NCBI GenBank assembly: GCA_037076615.1
Contig: AP029158.1
Location: 463,717-527,716 of the forward strand
Direction: 5' to 3'
DNA: 64,000 nucleotides
Origin: Candidatus Parcubacteria bacterium
GTDB lineage: Bacteria; Patescibacteriota; Patescibacteriia; Patescibacteriales; UBA12465
Under the pieces are notes generated by a model. That model was not told where the DNA came from, did not search any database, and saw only the letters and a program-made list of their open reading frames with translations. How positions within the stretch are numbered: the first letter of the stretch is position 1; every line of letters begins with the position of its first letter. The translations under genes were made by a program, and so were the position numbers. This document shows, piece after piece, positions 1-10,297 of the stretch.

Positions 1-186
1 ATTGCCGCCGCTTTAGGCGGTATTCCGGAACTGATTGAGCGTTGGGGCGGTCTCCTTTTTGAGCCTGATAATTTGGAGAGTTTACTAGCAACCCTAAACG
101 ATTTTATTAAAAACGGGGCACCTCTTCAGACGGCCCCGCCTCCACCAGCTTACGGTGAACAAATTTTAAATTTAGTTTTTAGTTGA
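1..186 (+). CDS. Glycosyltransferase family 1 (GT4-type), C-terminal fragment; 5' end lies outside the window
   Basis: Frame 1 reads IAAALGGIPELIERWGGLLFEPDN...LNLVFS and stops at TGA 184-186. GGIPE-type motif is typical of the GT1 C-terminal domain. Confidence 0.55.
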   Translation: MAAALGGIPELIERWGGLLFEPDNLESLLATLNDFIKNGAPLQTAPPPPAYGEQILNLVFS

Positions 187-192
187 TTAAAA

Positions 193-1215
193 TTAACCCT
201 CAAATCCTTGTGTTCGGCTCGCGGACTGCAAAGAAATGATGGTTTTTTTAATGCCATTTTCCAAAGTAACGACCGGCATCCAAGCGAGATTATTACGCGC
301 TTGATAAATATCGGGCAACAATAATTCGGTTAAAAATAATTTACTCTCCGAATAGGCAATCGCCGATTCTGACTCGGTTTCTTTAATAATCAGTTGAGCC
401 AAGTCGGTGACATTAACATCAACATCGGAGCCGATATTTATTGGTCCACTTAAATTAGAAGCGGCCATTTTAACAACGGCATCAATAGCATCATCAACGT
501 AACAAAAAGAGGAAGAAAAATTTTCATCACCAAAAATTACTAAAGGTTTATTTTTAATAGCCGAATAAACCAAATCCGGAATTAGCTGGTCATCATCTAA
601 AGTCATGCGCGGACCATAGATTCTAAAGAGGCGAACAATTTTGGTATCTAAGTTATGCATCTCGCGATAAGAGTCAACCATGGTTTCAGCAAAGCGCTTC
701 CCTTCATCATAAGCGGCCCGCGATGATAACTGATTGATAACACCCAGCTCAGTTTCGCGCACCTTGCGCCCAATATTATTAATATCTCGACCGCCATAGA
801 CAACCGAAGAGGAAAATTGGATAAACTTAGCTTTATTGGCGACTGCTAACTCTAATAAATTATAGACAACCAAAGAGTTAGCTTTCAAAATTTCCAAACG
901 ATTTTCTAAAAAATTACGAGGCGACAGTGGGCAAGCTAAATTATAGATTTCTTGAAGACCCTGAAATTTTATCTTGAAGCGTTCTAGAATTTTAATCTCG
1001 GCGAGATTTAAAGGTTCCGCGAGATCATGATTAATAAAAATAAAATCGGGATTAGCGAGGAGGTGGTCAATATTTCTTTGTTGGCCGGAAATAAAATTAT
1101 CAACGCAAATAACTTTACAGGTCTTCACTAGCTCGTCACAAAGATGCGAGCCGATAAAACCGGCGCCGCCAGCCACCAAAACATTTTTTTTATCAAAGAT
1201 TACCTGCTTGGACAT
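193..1215 (-). CDS. NAD-dependent epimerase/dehydratase, UDP-glucuronate decarboxylase (UXS)-like
   Basis: 340 aa. N-terminal Rossmann motif GGAGFIGSHL. Extended-SDR layout with YxxxK (AYDEGKR). Confidence 0.75.
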   Translation of the reverse strand: MSKQVIFDKKNVLVAGGAGFIGSHLCDELVKTCKVICVDNFISGQQRNIDHLLANPDFIFINHDLAEPLNLAEIKILERFKIKFQGLQEIYNLACPLSPRNFLENRLEILKANSLVVYNLLELAVANKAKFIQFSSSVVYGGRDINNIGRKVRETELGVINQLSSRAAYDEGKRFAETMVDSYREMHNLDTKIVRLFRIYGPRMTLDDDQLIPDLVYSAIKNKPLVIFGDENFSSSFCYVDDAIDAVVKMAASNLSGPINIGSDVDVNVTDLAQLIIKETESESAIAYSESKLFLTELLLPDIYQARNNLAWMPVVTLENGIKKTIISLQSASRTQGFEG

Positions 1216-1221
1216 ATATTT

Positions 1222-3249
1222 TTAATTATTAAAACGAATTAAGTTCACATTAACACCGCCGGTAAAAGTTTCCGGATAAGCGTAGAAAGAGGACACTAAA
1301 CTGCCGGCGCGGTCAAAAACCCGAGCATGAGCTACGCCTCCCGCCTGAGCACCGGTAATAATCTCGGCAATACCATCGTTGGAAACATCACCAGCGGCTA
1401 AACTCACACCACCACGCCAATTAGAATTATAAGCGAGAAATTTTTGTTGTAGACGACCATAGTTATCAAAAATTCTCACCTGGGGTTGATAGTTGCCGGC
1501 CGGGGCCACAATAATACTATCGTGTTGGCCATTTTGACGGCCGTAAAGTGAAGCCGCCGCGACATTGACGCCGCCACGATAATCGGGGGGATAAACATAG
1601 AAGGCCGCCTCCAACTTAGCCTGATTATTAAAAATCTTAACAATTGGCTCTCGCCCCTCACCTAAGCCAATAATTAATTCCGGATGATGATTGCCATCGA
1701 CGTCACCTAAGGCTACGCTTAAGCCACCACGGTCATAAAGACCGTCGGCAAAAAATTGCCTCTCCACCTGACCGAAACCGTCAAAGATTCGCACGTGAGG
1801 ACCGCCGCCTGGACCCGGAACCGTAATAATCTCTGCCTGACCATCAAGATCATAATCGCCAACCGCCAGACGCACGCCGCCCTTAAAGTTTTGATTGTAA
1901 GCTAAAAATTCTTTTAAAAGTTTGCCTTTTTGATCATAAACGCGCACCCAGGGTTCCGCCCCCGGTCCATTAGCGGTAACTATCTTAATTTTGCCATCAC
2001 CAAAAAGATCGCCGGTAGCTGCACTTGAGCCTTGACTGGTTGGAGTTTGAAAAGGAGTGCTGGTCGCGCCGTCTAAACTGGCCACCAAAATTTCTTCCTG
2101 ACCGCTATAAGGGGTTAGTAACAAAAGATTAACGTGATCGTACATTAATTGTCGGGCGGCTGTTACCGCTGCGGCCGCATTAACGCGACCAAAACCTAGC
2201 TGCCCAGGATAATCCGGATTTAATAAAGCAATTGGATCCGCCGAACCCAAAACTAAACCAACCACATCAGCGCGACTCAGGTTAGGATTAGCTTGAGCTG
2301 TTAAAGCCATCACTCCGGAAACAACGGCTGTCGCCATGCTCGTTCCTGACCAGTAACCATCATAGTAAGGACTAGCGGCTTCAGGGTTGCTGCCGGGAGT
2401 GATCGTGCTAAAAAAACTAATACCAGGAGCCGTAATATCAATACAATCTGCACCGTAACCAGAAAAAGGTGTCTTCTGATCCAAAGCATCGGTAGCCGCG
2501 ACTCCAACCACCATATTCTTCCAGCGACTACCATCCATACAGGCTGGATAAATTGGGTTCTTAGCAGTGTTGCGACCATCGCCAGCCGCTTGATCATTAC
2601 CGGCCGCCGCGACCACAATAATTCCGGCCTCGTAAGCGCGCTCAATCGCGTCCGCTAAAGAATCGTTATAGTTGTAGGTAACAAAACTTAAATTAATAAT
2701 ATCGGCGCCATTTCTAATCGCATAATCAATTGCTCGAACGACCGCGCTTACGCGCCCTTCACCGCGATCATTTAAAACCCGTAAAGGCATAATGTTGGTT
2801 CGCCAAGCTAAACCAGTAACACCCTGATTATTATTACCACGAGCACCAATAATACCGGCAATAATGGTGCCGTGGGAGACACCGGCCTCCGTCCAGCCGG
2901 ATTCAAATTTCGGCGAGGGGTCAGGTAAATCATTGACAAAATCCCAACCATAAACATCATCAATAAAACCATTGCCGTCATCATCAATATTATTATCAGG
3001 AATCTCACGCTCATTAACCCAAATATTCCCTTTGAGATCAGGATGGTCAACATCAACGCCGGCATCAATAACCGCTACGGTAATATCGGGGGCACCAGAA
3101 ACAATGGTCCAGGCTTCATCAGCCTTAACTTTTGCCAAATACCATTGCCGGGAATAAAAAGGATCATCAGGCAATAGTCGCGCTGAAGTCTTAAGTGGAA
3201 AGAGAAAAGTAATTATTAAAAATAGAGGGATTATTTTTGCGGTGCGCAT
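1222..3249 (-). CDS. Secreted subtilisin-like serine protease (peptidase S8) with C-terminal FG-GAP/VCBS-type repeats
   Basis: Catalytic triad contexts AVIDAGVDVDHPDL, SHGTIIAGIIGA, GTSMATAVVSGV. C-terminal repeats such as GDYDLDGQAEIITVPGPGGGPHVRIFD. I prefer the ATG at 3249 (MRTAKIIPLFL... signal peptide) over the track's GTG at 3267. Confidence 0.8.
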   Translation of the reverse strand: MRTAKIIPLFLIITFLFPLKTSARLLPDDPFYSRQWYLAKVKADEAWTIVSGAPDITVAVIDAGVDVDHPDLKGNIWVNEREIPDNNIDDDGNGFIDDVYGWDFVNDLPDPSPKFESGWTEAGVSHGTIIAGIIGARGNNNQGVTGLAWRTNIMPLRVLNDRGEGRVSAVVRAIDYAIRNGADIINLSFVTYNYNDSLADAIERAYEAGIIVVAAAGNDQAAGDGRNTAKNPIYPACMDGSRWKNMVVGVAATDALDQKTPFSGYGADCIDITAPGISFFSTITPGSNPEAASPYYDGYWSGTSMATAVVSGVMALTAQANPNLSRADVVGLVLGSADPIALLNPDYPGQLGFGRVNAAAAVTAARQLMYDHVNLLLLTPYSGQEEILVASLDGATSTPFQTPTSQGSSAATGDLFGDGKIKIVTANGPGAEPWVRVYDQKGKLLKEFLAYNQNFKGGVRLAVGDYDLDGQAEIITVPGPGGGPHVRIFDGFGQVERQFFADGLYDRGGLSVALGDVDGNHHPELIIGLGEGREPIVKIFNNQAKLEAAFYVYPPDYRGGVNVAAASLYGRQNGQHDSIIVAPAGNYQPQVRIFDNYGRLQQKFLAYNSNWRGGVSLAAGDVSNDGIAEIITGAQAGGVAHARVFDRAGSLVSSFYAYPETFTGGVNVNLIRFNN

Positions 3250-3266
3250 AAACTTATCATACCACA

Positions 3267-4493
3267 CTATTTTTTATTTTCGAGAAGAGCCAAAGTTTCG
3301 GTCGCACAGCGATACCAGCAAAATTTCTTGGCTTGACGAAATCCGCGCTCTTTTAACTCCGCTCGTAATTCTTTATTTAAAACTAACTCCGCCATCGCCT
3401 CGGCAATCTCGGTATAATCAAGGTGATTAAAATAACGAACCGCCTCACCGGCCACCTCCCTTAAAACAGAGATATCGGAAACGGCCGTCGGCACTCCTGA
3501 AGCCAAAGCTTGCAAAACCGGAATACCAAAGCCTTCGTGTTTAGTGGGAAAAATAAAAGCGGTCGCCTGCTGAAAAATTAACGGTAGCTCATTTTCTTTA
3601 ACCCAGCCCGGCATAATCACCTCGCGCTCTAAATCAAATTCCTCAATAACATACTTAACCTCGTCGTAGCCATAACTGGCATTACCAATTAAAACTAATT
3701 TTTCTTTAATTTCCGGATACTCTTCTCTTAAAAAGGCAAGCGCCTCAACTAAGGCGACCGTATTTTTCTTTTTTTCCAAGCGGCCGACATATAAAAAATA
3801 GGGGCGGGTAATACCGTAACTATCCAAACAACGATCGGCTTCGGAATTCGTGCCGCCGTTGGGTTCGTATAACTCTGAAGCAAAGCCGTTATGAATAACT
3901 TTAATTTTTCCTGGGTCAGCGAAAGGAAAACATTCTAAAATTTCTTGCTTAGTAAAATCAGAAACAGTGATAATTGTTTCCGAGTGGCGCAAGGAAAAAA
4001 TCGTGGACCAAAAAAGATAATCCAAGCTCGTGCCCTGGTAACGACCGCCGCTAAAAACTTTAACCAAAAACTTAATAAAATTACGGCGCTTGGCACTGCG
4101 CGCTTTCGGCGCTTCCGGACGATAAACAGCCTCTTCGCGAGCAAAGGCAATATCATGAATAGTATTAATCGTGCGGCGCGGATGAATTAAGGGAATCCCG
4201 TGGGCGGGAACAAATAAAACATCGGGACGACGAAATAACATCTCTAAAGACAAACGCCCTAGAGTCCAAAAAGAAGTGAGTGGCCAAGACAAAACCCGAA
4301 ACTCAAAATTAGGCGCCTCGGCGACGATCGCCTTTAACTCCGCCGTCGGAATCTGATCCAAATAAAGGCGATAACGGTTATGACGATCAAGACGGGCGAG
4401 CTCTCTGATTAGATAAAAAGAATACCACTCCGTGCCGGTCTTTTTTTGTCTGTTGGCGCGTGAAGCGTCAATACCAATCAACATAAAGCGCAA
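3267..4493 (-). CDS. Glycosyltransferase family 1
   Basis: 408 aa. C-terminal GT1 motif PTKHEGFGIPVLQALASGVPTAVSD. Confidence 0.75.
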   Translation of the reverse strand: MRFMLIGIDASRANRQKKTGTEWYSFYLIRELARLDRHNRYRLYLDQIPTAELKAIVAEAPNFEFRVLSWPLTSFWTLGRLSLEMLFRRPDVLFVPAHGIPLIHPRRTINTIHDIAFAREEAVYRPEAPKARSAKRRNFIKFLVKVFSGGRYQGTSLDYLFWSTIFSLRHSETIITVSDFTKQEILECFPFADPGKIKVIHNGFASELYEPNGGTNSEADRCLDSYGITRPYFLYVGRLEKKKNTVALVEALAFLREEYPEIKEKLVLIGNASYGYDEVKYVIEEFDLEREVIMPGWVKENELPLIFQQATAFIFPTKHEGFGIPVLQALASGVPTAVSDISVLREVAGEAVRYFNHLDYTEIAEAMAELVLNKELRAELKERGFRQAKKFCWYRCATETLALLENKK

Positions 4494-4508
4494 AAATAAA
4501 AAGGCGAC

Positions 4509-5516
4509 TTATTTAGTCGCCAAAATGCTCCGTTTATAGGAGTCTAGATTATCTAAGGCGATGCCGGTTCCTTTAACAACACACAGAAGCGCATCATCGG
4601 CAACATAAGCGGGCACACCGGTCGTGCGCGCAATTAATTGATCCATATTACGCAGCAAAGCGCTGCCACCAGTTAAAACAATACCCTTGTCCATAATATC
4701 AGCCGCTAATTCCGGCGGAGTGGTATTTAGAACTTTCTTGGCGGCCATGACAATGGCTTCTAACTCATTTTGAATCGCTTCGGTGACATCGTCGCTAGAC
4801 ACCGTGATGCTACGCGGTAAGCCAGTGACAATATCTCGACCCCGAATTTCCATATACAGCTTATCTTCCATATACAAGGCAGAGCCGATGTTGATTTTAA
4901 TTTCTTCAGCAGTTCGCTCGCCAATAGCCAAATTATATTTTTTACGGACAAACTCCAAAATTGCGTCGTCAAACTTATTACCACCCACTCGGACTGAAGT
5001 GGAGGAAACAACGCCGCCTAAAGAAATAACGGCCATTTCTGCCGTGCCCCCGCCAACATCAATAACCATATGGCCCGTTGCCGAACCAATCGGAATATCA
5101 GCCCCAATCGCGGCTGCCACCGGCTCCTTAATAATGTAGGTGGCTTTAGCACCCGCGGAAGTTGCCGCTTCAATGACCGCCCGGCGCTCAGTTGAAGAAA
5201 TTCCCGCCGGTACCGAAATCATTACCTCGGGGCGGAAAAAACGCATCCCGCCGATAGTTTTATTAATAAAATAGCGGATCATCGCCTCGGTAGTGCGGTA
5301 ATCAGCAATCACCCCCTCTTTTAAAGGCTGAATGGCCCGAATCGTGTCCGGAGTGCGCCCCAACATATCTTTGGCTTCGTTGCCAACCGCTAAAATCTTA
5401 TTGTCATCGATAGAAATCGCCACCACGGATGGTTCGTTAATCACAATTCCTCTTTTCGGCAAATAAACTAAGGTATAGGTCGTCCCGAGATCGATGCCAA
5501 TGCGTTTTATAAACAT
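4509..5516 (-). CDS. mreB: Actin-like rod-shape protein MreB, second paralog outside the mreBCD operon
   Basis: 335 aa. GIDLGTTYTLVY, NEPSVVA, VIDVGGGTAEMAVISLGG, LTGGSALLRN. Collinear with the MreB at 10298-11344. Confidence 0.85.
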   Translation of the reverse strand: MFIKRIGIDLGTTYTLVYLPKRGIVINEPSVVAISIDDNKILAVGNEAKDMLGRTPDTIRAIQPLKEGVIADYRTTEAMIRYFINKTIGGMRFFRPEVMISVPAGISSTERRAVIEAATSAGAKATYIIKEPVAAAIGADIPIGSATGHMVIDVGGGTAEMAVISLGGVVSSTSVRVGGNKFDDAILEFVRKKYNLAIGERTAEEIKINIGSALYMEDKLYMEIRGRDIVTGLPRSITVSSDDVTEAIQNELEAIVMAAKKVLNTTPPELAADIMDKGIVLTGGSALLRNMDQLIARTTGVPAYVADDALLCVVKGTGIALDNLDSYKRSILATK

Positions 5517-5603
5517 ATTTTTCTAATATCAGTAAAAAAAATCCTGGACCAAGCCGTTAAAAAATTACCGCTTGACCCCTAATTTATAACGGAAAAACCA
5601 CAA

Positions 5604-6050
5604 TTAGTCAATTGCCATTACTTCCTCGCCGTCATTCCAATTACTGTCCGTATCTTCCCCTAAGCGTTCGGAGTTGGCCATAATTTTCTTCACTTTTTCG
5701 GCAAATTCATAAGTATCAAACTCCTCTTTGGGGAAAAAGTAATCAGCGCCGATCTCTAAGCTCCGGGCACGACTATCCTCATCAGAAATATCGGAAAAAA
5801 TAAAGATCGGTAAGTCTGCTAGCTCCGGATCGTTTTTTACGCGCTTGATAATTTCAAAGCCATCTATATTAGGCAGAATCACATCTAAAATTAGATAATC
5901 AGGGCGAAAATCGCGAAGGTCATCAATGATTTCTTCTAACTCCTCTTCCCCCTCGTGAGTTTCCACACTTAAACCATCGGCACTAAAATTAGCCTCAAGG
6001 CTGTAAAGAATGTTGGCATCATCTTCAATGATAAAAAGTTTTTTCCCCAT
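5604..6050 (-). CDS. Stand-alone response-regulator receiver domain (CheY-like)
   Basis: 148 aa. KLFIIEDD acidic pocket, phospho-acceptor context YLILDVILPNIDG. No output domain. Confidence 0.75.
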   Translation of the reverse strand: MGKKLFIIEDDANILYSLEANFSADGLSVETHEGEEELEEIIDDLRDFRPDYLILDVILPNIDGFEIIKRVKNDPELADLPIFIFSDISDEDSRARSLEIGADYFFPKEEFDTYEFAEKVKKIMANSERLGEDTDSNWNDGEEVMAID

Positions 6051-6060
6051 AAGATTAAAA

Positions 6061-7026
6061 TTAAGAACGTAAACGGCGCCACCAAGAAGGATGGTCTTGA
6101 TACCATTTAATCGTTTGCGCTAAACCTGCCGCCAAAGAAACTTGCGGTGCAAAACCTAGTTCGGTCGCCGCTTTAGAAAAATCGATGGCATAACGAAGAT
6201 CGTGACCCAGGCGATCAGTCACATACTCAATCTTGTCTTCTCCCTGCCCCATTAACCGTAAAATATCTTTAGTTAAGGAAAGGTTATCACATTCACTGTT
6301 GCCACCTAAACAATAAGTTTCACCAATTCGTCCTTTATTAATAATTAAGTCCAAGCCGCGATTATGGTCGTCTACATAAATCCAATCCCGAATATTTTTA
6401 CCATCACCATAAACAGTTACCGATTCCCCGTTTAAAAGATTGGTCACAAAGTGCGGAATTAATTTTTCCGGATGTTGGTAGGGGCCGTAATTATTAGAAC
6501 AATTAGAAATGGTAATCGGCAGGCCATAAGTATGATAATAGCTACGGACCAAATGATCAGAAGCAGCTTTTGAGGCGCTATAAGGAGAACGCGGATCGTA
6601 AGGGGTTTTTTCAGAAAACTTCGGTGAGTCAAAGTCTAGCGCACCAAAAACTTCATCAGTAGAAACATGGTGAAAGCGTTTTAAGCCGTGGTGTCTCGCG
6701 GCCTCTAAAAGAACACGGGTACCCTCAACATTAGTTTTAATAAAAGCCGCGCTGTCAGCGATAGAGCGATCAACATGGCTCTCGGCGGCAAAATGAACAA
6801 TCAAATCGCAAGTGGCCACCAAGCCGTCCACCAGTGCCGCATCAGTAATATCACCCTCCACAAACTGGTAATGAGGGTTATTTTCCACCTCAGCCAAGCT
6901 CTCTAAATTAGCGGCGTAAGTTAACGCATCCAAATTAACGATCTCGTCGTCTGGATGTTCACGAAGCCAATAGTGAATAAAATTAGAGCCGATAAATCCG
7001 GCCCCGCCGGTCACTAAAATTTTCAT
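6061..7026 (-). CDS. rfbB: dTDP-glucose 4,6-dehydratase
   Basis: 321 aa. MKILVTGGAGFIGSNF, HVSTDEVFG, YSASKAASDHLV (catalytic YxxxK). Confidence 0.9.
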   Translation of the reverse strand: MKILVTGGAGFIGSNFIHYWLREHPDDEIVNLDALTYAANLESLAEVENNPHYQFVEGDITDAALVDGLVATCDLIVHFAAESHVDRSIADSAAFIKTNVEGTRVLLEAARHHGLKRFHHVSTDEVFGALDFDSPKFSEKTPYDPRSPYSASKAASDHLVRSYYHTYGLPITISNCSNNYGPYQHPEKLIPHFVTNLLNGESVTVYGDGKNIRDWIYVDDHNRGLDLIINKGRIGETYCLGGNSECDNLSLTKDILRLMGQGEDKIEYVTDRLGHDLRYAIDFSKAATELGFAPQVSLAAGLAQTIKWYQDHPSWWRRLRS

Positions 7027-7030
7027 GGTT

Positions 7031-7432
7031 TTAAGAAGTTAATTTAAGGGCGACTGCGGTCATTTCGCCAGGGGCATATTTTTGTTCCGGAAAGCGCAAC
7101 GGTGTATCGCCGGGAACGCGCGGGATAAGATGCCAGTGAAGATGCGGAATTTCTTGACCGGCGACCGGGTCGTTATTTAAAACAACGTTATAGCCCTGGT
7201 AGCCAAGCTTATCCTTTAACAAAGCGCCACCTTCTTTAACCTTAATTATTAAGGCAGCTAAAGCGGTCTCGTCAATCTCTTCTAAAGTAGCCACATGTTT
7301 TTTAGGGATAACTAAAAGATGGCCAGGATTAACCGGAGCGTTATCTAAAAAAACTAACGCCTCCTCGGTCTCTAAAATTTTAGTGGCCGGCAACTCACCG
7401 GAAACGATGCGACAAAAAACACACATAAGCAA
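7031..7432 (-). CDS. HIT (histidine triad) family nucleotide hydrolase/transferase
   Basis: 133 aa. C-terminal histidine triad IPHLHWHLIP. N-terminal CVFCRI. Confidence 0.85.
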   Translation of the reverse strand: MLMCVFCRIVSGELPATKILETEEALVFLDNAPVNPGHLLVIPKKHVATLEEIDETALAALIIKVKEGGALLKDKLGYQGYNVVLNNDPVAGQEIPHLHWHLIPRVPGDTPLRFPEQKYAPGEMTAVALKLTS

Positions 7433-7441
7433 TTTTTTAGT

Positions 7442-7894
7442 TTAAGGAATTTGATAAGGGCTATCAGGATCTTTTTCCCAACGAATTTCATCAACCTCAT
7501 CCTTCTTTAAAATCCCGCGATAAAGCTTATCCGGAAAATTAATAGAAAGGGCCGGTTCCGCAGAAATCGCTTGATAACCATGAACGACTCCGGGTGGCAC
7601 AATCACTACCGTGGGGTTATCGGCACCAACGTCTAGAGTAATTTTTTCGCCGACGGTCGGCGACAGGGGGCGACGATCCCAAAGATAAAGCCGAAAGGTT
7701 CCCGGTCCAGGAAAAATAAAATAATCACTTTGGTAGGTGTGTTCATGTGGCCCTCGAGCCACACCCGGCTTCGTCCAACTTAAATAAGACATCGCCACTT
7801 GATAATCAAGCTCATCGTGACGATAAACCTCCACTAAATAACCGCGGTCATCCTCATTCTTTGTTAATTCTTTAATAATCACGCCTTCAATCAT
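7442..7894 (-). CDS. RmlC-like cupin (dTDP-4-dehydrorhamnose 3,5-epimerase-related sugar epimerase/isomerase)
   Basis: 150 aa. NEDDRGYLVEVYR and GPHEH cupin motifs. Sits next to rfbB. Confidence 0.6.
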   Translation of the reverse strand: MIEGVIIKELTKNEDDRGYLVEVYRHDELDYQVAMSYLSWTKPGVARGPHEHTYQSDYFIFPGPGTFRLYLWDRRPLSPTVGEKITLDVGADNPTVVIVPPGVVHGYQAISAEPALSINFPDKLYRGILKKDEVDEIRWEKDPDSPYQIP

Positions 7895-7898
7895 AAAA

Positions 7899-8921
7899 TT
7901 ATTTATTTAATTCTTTTAAAGTTTTGAGTCCGTTTTGAGCTCCATGCTGAGTGATTTTTCCGGCCGCTTGGCGGCTAGCCAGTAAAGAAGCTTGTTTTAG
8001 ATCCCCCTCAGAAAGCAACCAGGCCGCCACCCAGGTAGAACCAAAGACATCGCCGACACCAGTCGCATCCACGGCTTTTTGCCGCCCCACCACCCCCTGG
8101 TGATGGGTTTTATTAGCATTAGCACAATAAGAGCCCGCCCGTCCGTCCGTTAACAGCACCACTTCCGGCCCGTAAGAACGCAGAGTCTTTAATAAAAAAG
8201 CCGCTTTATTTAAAGTCTTAAGATCTTGGCCCACGTAGCGCGGATCGCTTAAAACAATTTCTAAGGCCTCATCGCGATTAACAATTAAAACGGTCGTTTT
8301 CTTTAAAAAGGGTTTTAAAAATTTAACGCCGGCTTTTAATTGCCGGGCACCGGGGTTCCAAAAAATTCTCCCCGAGGCATAACGAAAAATTTCTCGCAAA
8401 TCTTGTTTCCAGGCTCCCGATAAAGAACTTAAATAAATATTTTTGGCCCGGCCAAGTGCCCGACGGCGCGCCGCGTTAAAATCCAAGCGGCGGTTAGCCC
8501 CCCGAGCAGCAAAAATAACCCGCTCGCCATTGGGGGCAATTAAAATAAGCGACATTCCTGAAGCCTCTTCCGGCCAGCTGACAACTAAATTAGTATTAAC
8601 GCCTCTTTTCTTCAAATTGCGAATAATTTCCTGACCGACCGAATCGCGACCTAAATCACAAATAGCAGAAACCCTAAAGCCTAAGGTAGCCAGATTGACT
8701 GCGGTGTTAGCGGCTCCACCCCCAAAAGATTCCCAGACTTGGGGAACGCCAATTTTAGCGCCCTGTTCAAAGGCAATTAGTTGCAGACGGAGCGGATCAG
8801 AGGGATTATCAATCAAGACTCCTTCGGCGGTAAACAAAGATAAATCTTTAGTCGCCCCACCAATGGTAATAAAATCATAAGCCATATTTGCTATCTTAGC
8901 ATAAAGCCTCTTTTTTCCCAA
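7899..8921 (-). CDS. PfkB-family carbohydrate kinase (ribokinase-like)
   Basis: 340 aa. FGGGAANTAVNLA and C-terminal DATGVGDVFGS (DxxGxGD ATP motif). True start may be the internal Met (MAYDFITIGG). Confidence 0.7.
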   Translation of the reverse strand: MGKKRLYAKIANMAYDFITIGGATKDLSLFTAEGVLIDNPSDPLRLQLIAFEQGAKIGVPQVWESFGGGAANTAVNLATLGFRVSAICDLGRDSVGQEIIRNLKKRGVNTNLVVSWPEEASGMSLILIAPNGERVIFAARGANRRLDFNAARRRALGRAKNIYLSSLSGAWKQDLREIFRYASGRIFWNPGARQLKAGVKFLKPFLKKTTVLIVNRDEALEIVLSDPRYVGQDLKTLNKAAFLLKTLRSYGPEVVLLTDGRAGSYCANANKTHHQGVVGRQKAVDATGVGDVFGSTWVAAWLLSEGDLKQASLLASRQAAGKITQHGAQNGLKTLKELNK

Positions 8922-8934
8922 AGAAAAAAGCGGC

Positions 8935-9477
8935 TTACTTTTTTTCTAAAAAAACCGGCTGGAATTTTTTTGATAAGCCGCTAACTAAGTTAAAAAGTAA
9001 AAGCATCAAACCGACACTCCAAATAATTTGTGTTCCAAGATAGCGCCAGAAAGAAGCGTTTCCCAAAAAGAAGCCGGGGGTTAAACCGCCCGGAGCCAAC
9101 AACAGAAAAGTATAGAGAAAAAAATTGTAAAAAATCGAACCACTGAGTGCCAAGAGTAAAAAAGAATAAAGTGAGCGGTTCGTTACGACATTGGTAAGCA
9201 ATAAATATAAGAAAAAAACGGTGAGGGGCAAGCTAATTAAGTGGAGACCAAAAAATTCAAAATTTAAAATATCCAACCAAAAACCCATAAGCATCGCTAA
9301 AGGCAAAAAAACGCCCGGCGGCATAAAGAGTAAACAAAAAATTAAAATTACCAGTGGCAGGCTTAGCGCCGAGACGGCGAGCGGCAAGGGAGAAATAAAG
9401 GAAGCTTGAAAAATAGCGATTAGGGAAAAAAGTAAGGCCCAAAAAAACCATTTAAACCAAGTTTTTTTTAAAGTCAT
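8935..9477 (-). CDS. mreD: Polytopic membrane protein, probable MreD
   Basis: 180 aa, about 5 hydrophobic segments. Overlaps the mreC stop by 4 nt. Called by position in the mreB-mreC-mreD order. Confidence 0.55.
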   Translation of the reverse strand: MTLKKTWFKWFFWALLFSLIAIFQASFISPLPLAVSALSLPLVILIFCLLFMPPGVFLPLAMLMGFWLDILNFEFFGLHLISLPLTVFFLYLLLTNVVTNRSLYSFLLLALSGSIFYNFFLYTFLLLAPGGLTPGFFLGNASFWRYLGTQIIWSVGLMLLLFNLVSGLSKKFQPVFLEKK

Positions 9478-10289
9478 ACCACTAAGAGAACATTAACAAT
9501 CGTCAAAGAATTACGATTGAATAAAGGTTCAATATTAACATTCTGCCAAATATCATTATTCAACTTATTGACTTGACTGACCTCGCCAATAAGTAGGCCG
9601 CGCGGGATCTCGCCGCCTAAGCCGGAAGTAATTACCGTATCACCAGGAACAATCGTTTCTGACTGAGGAATGTAAGTCATTTTAATCGTCAACCCCTTAT
9701 CACCTTCCGTTAAGCCAATCGTGCGCGTATCATTTTGAATTGTAGCCGGCAACTGACAATTACGACTGGTCGTTAAACAAACGCGCGCTAAGGTCGGACG
9801 CACTTCGACGACTTTGCCGATAATAACGCCGTTTTCATCAATAACCCCCGCGCCGACGCTAATCCCATCATTGGCGCCTCGATCAATAACAATATCTTGA
9901 TCATCTTGCTTGATGTCAAAAACTAAATTTTGCGAAATAACATTGGCCAACAAACTGGGCTCATCCGTGCTCGCCGCGAAATCTAATTGAGCGCGCAGCT
10001 TAATATTTTCTTGCTCTAGTTCTTTTAAATCGGCGTTGGCGGCGGTGAGCCTAACAACCTGTTCTTGTAAAATATCAACCCGATCAGAAAAATTATTAAA
10101 CTCCTCGCGACGCTCATAAAAATGACGAAGGTTGGCACTGGAGTTATAAAAAAAATTAGCCACCGGTTTAGCGGCCCAAACGGCGGCTTGTTCTAAAGGA
10201 GCCAACCAGCCAAGAAAATGGAAGGTAATCAAAAGAATAATGATCCCCGCCCACCGCCAAATTCGAACTTTATTTTTTGACCGCGCCAT
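9474..10289 (-). CDS. mreC: Rod shape-determining protein MreC
   Basis: 271 aa. N-terminal TM segment, coiled coil (LQEQVVRLTAANADLKELEQENIKLRAQL), beta-rich C-terminal domain with GDTVITSGLGGEIPRGLLIGEV. Confidence 0.8.
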   Translation of the reverse strand: MARSKNKVRIWRWAGIIILLITFHFLGWLAPLEQAAVWAAKPVANFFYNSSANLRHFYERREEFNNFSDRVDILQEQVVRLTAANADLKELEQENIKLRAQLDFAASTDEPSLLANVISQNLVFDIKQDDQDIVIDRGANDGISVGAGVIDENGVIIGKVVEVRPTLARVCLTTSRNCQLPATIQNDTRTIGLTEGDKGLTIKMTYIPQSETIVPGDTVITSGLGGEIPRGLLIGEVSQVNKLNNDIWQNVNIEPLFNRNSLTIVNVLLVV

Positions 10290-10297
10290 AGGCCTAA

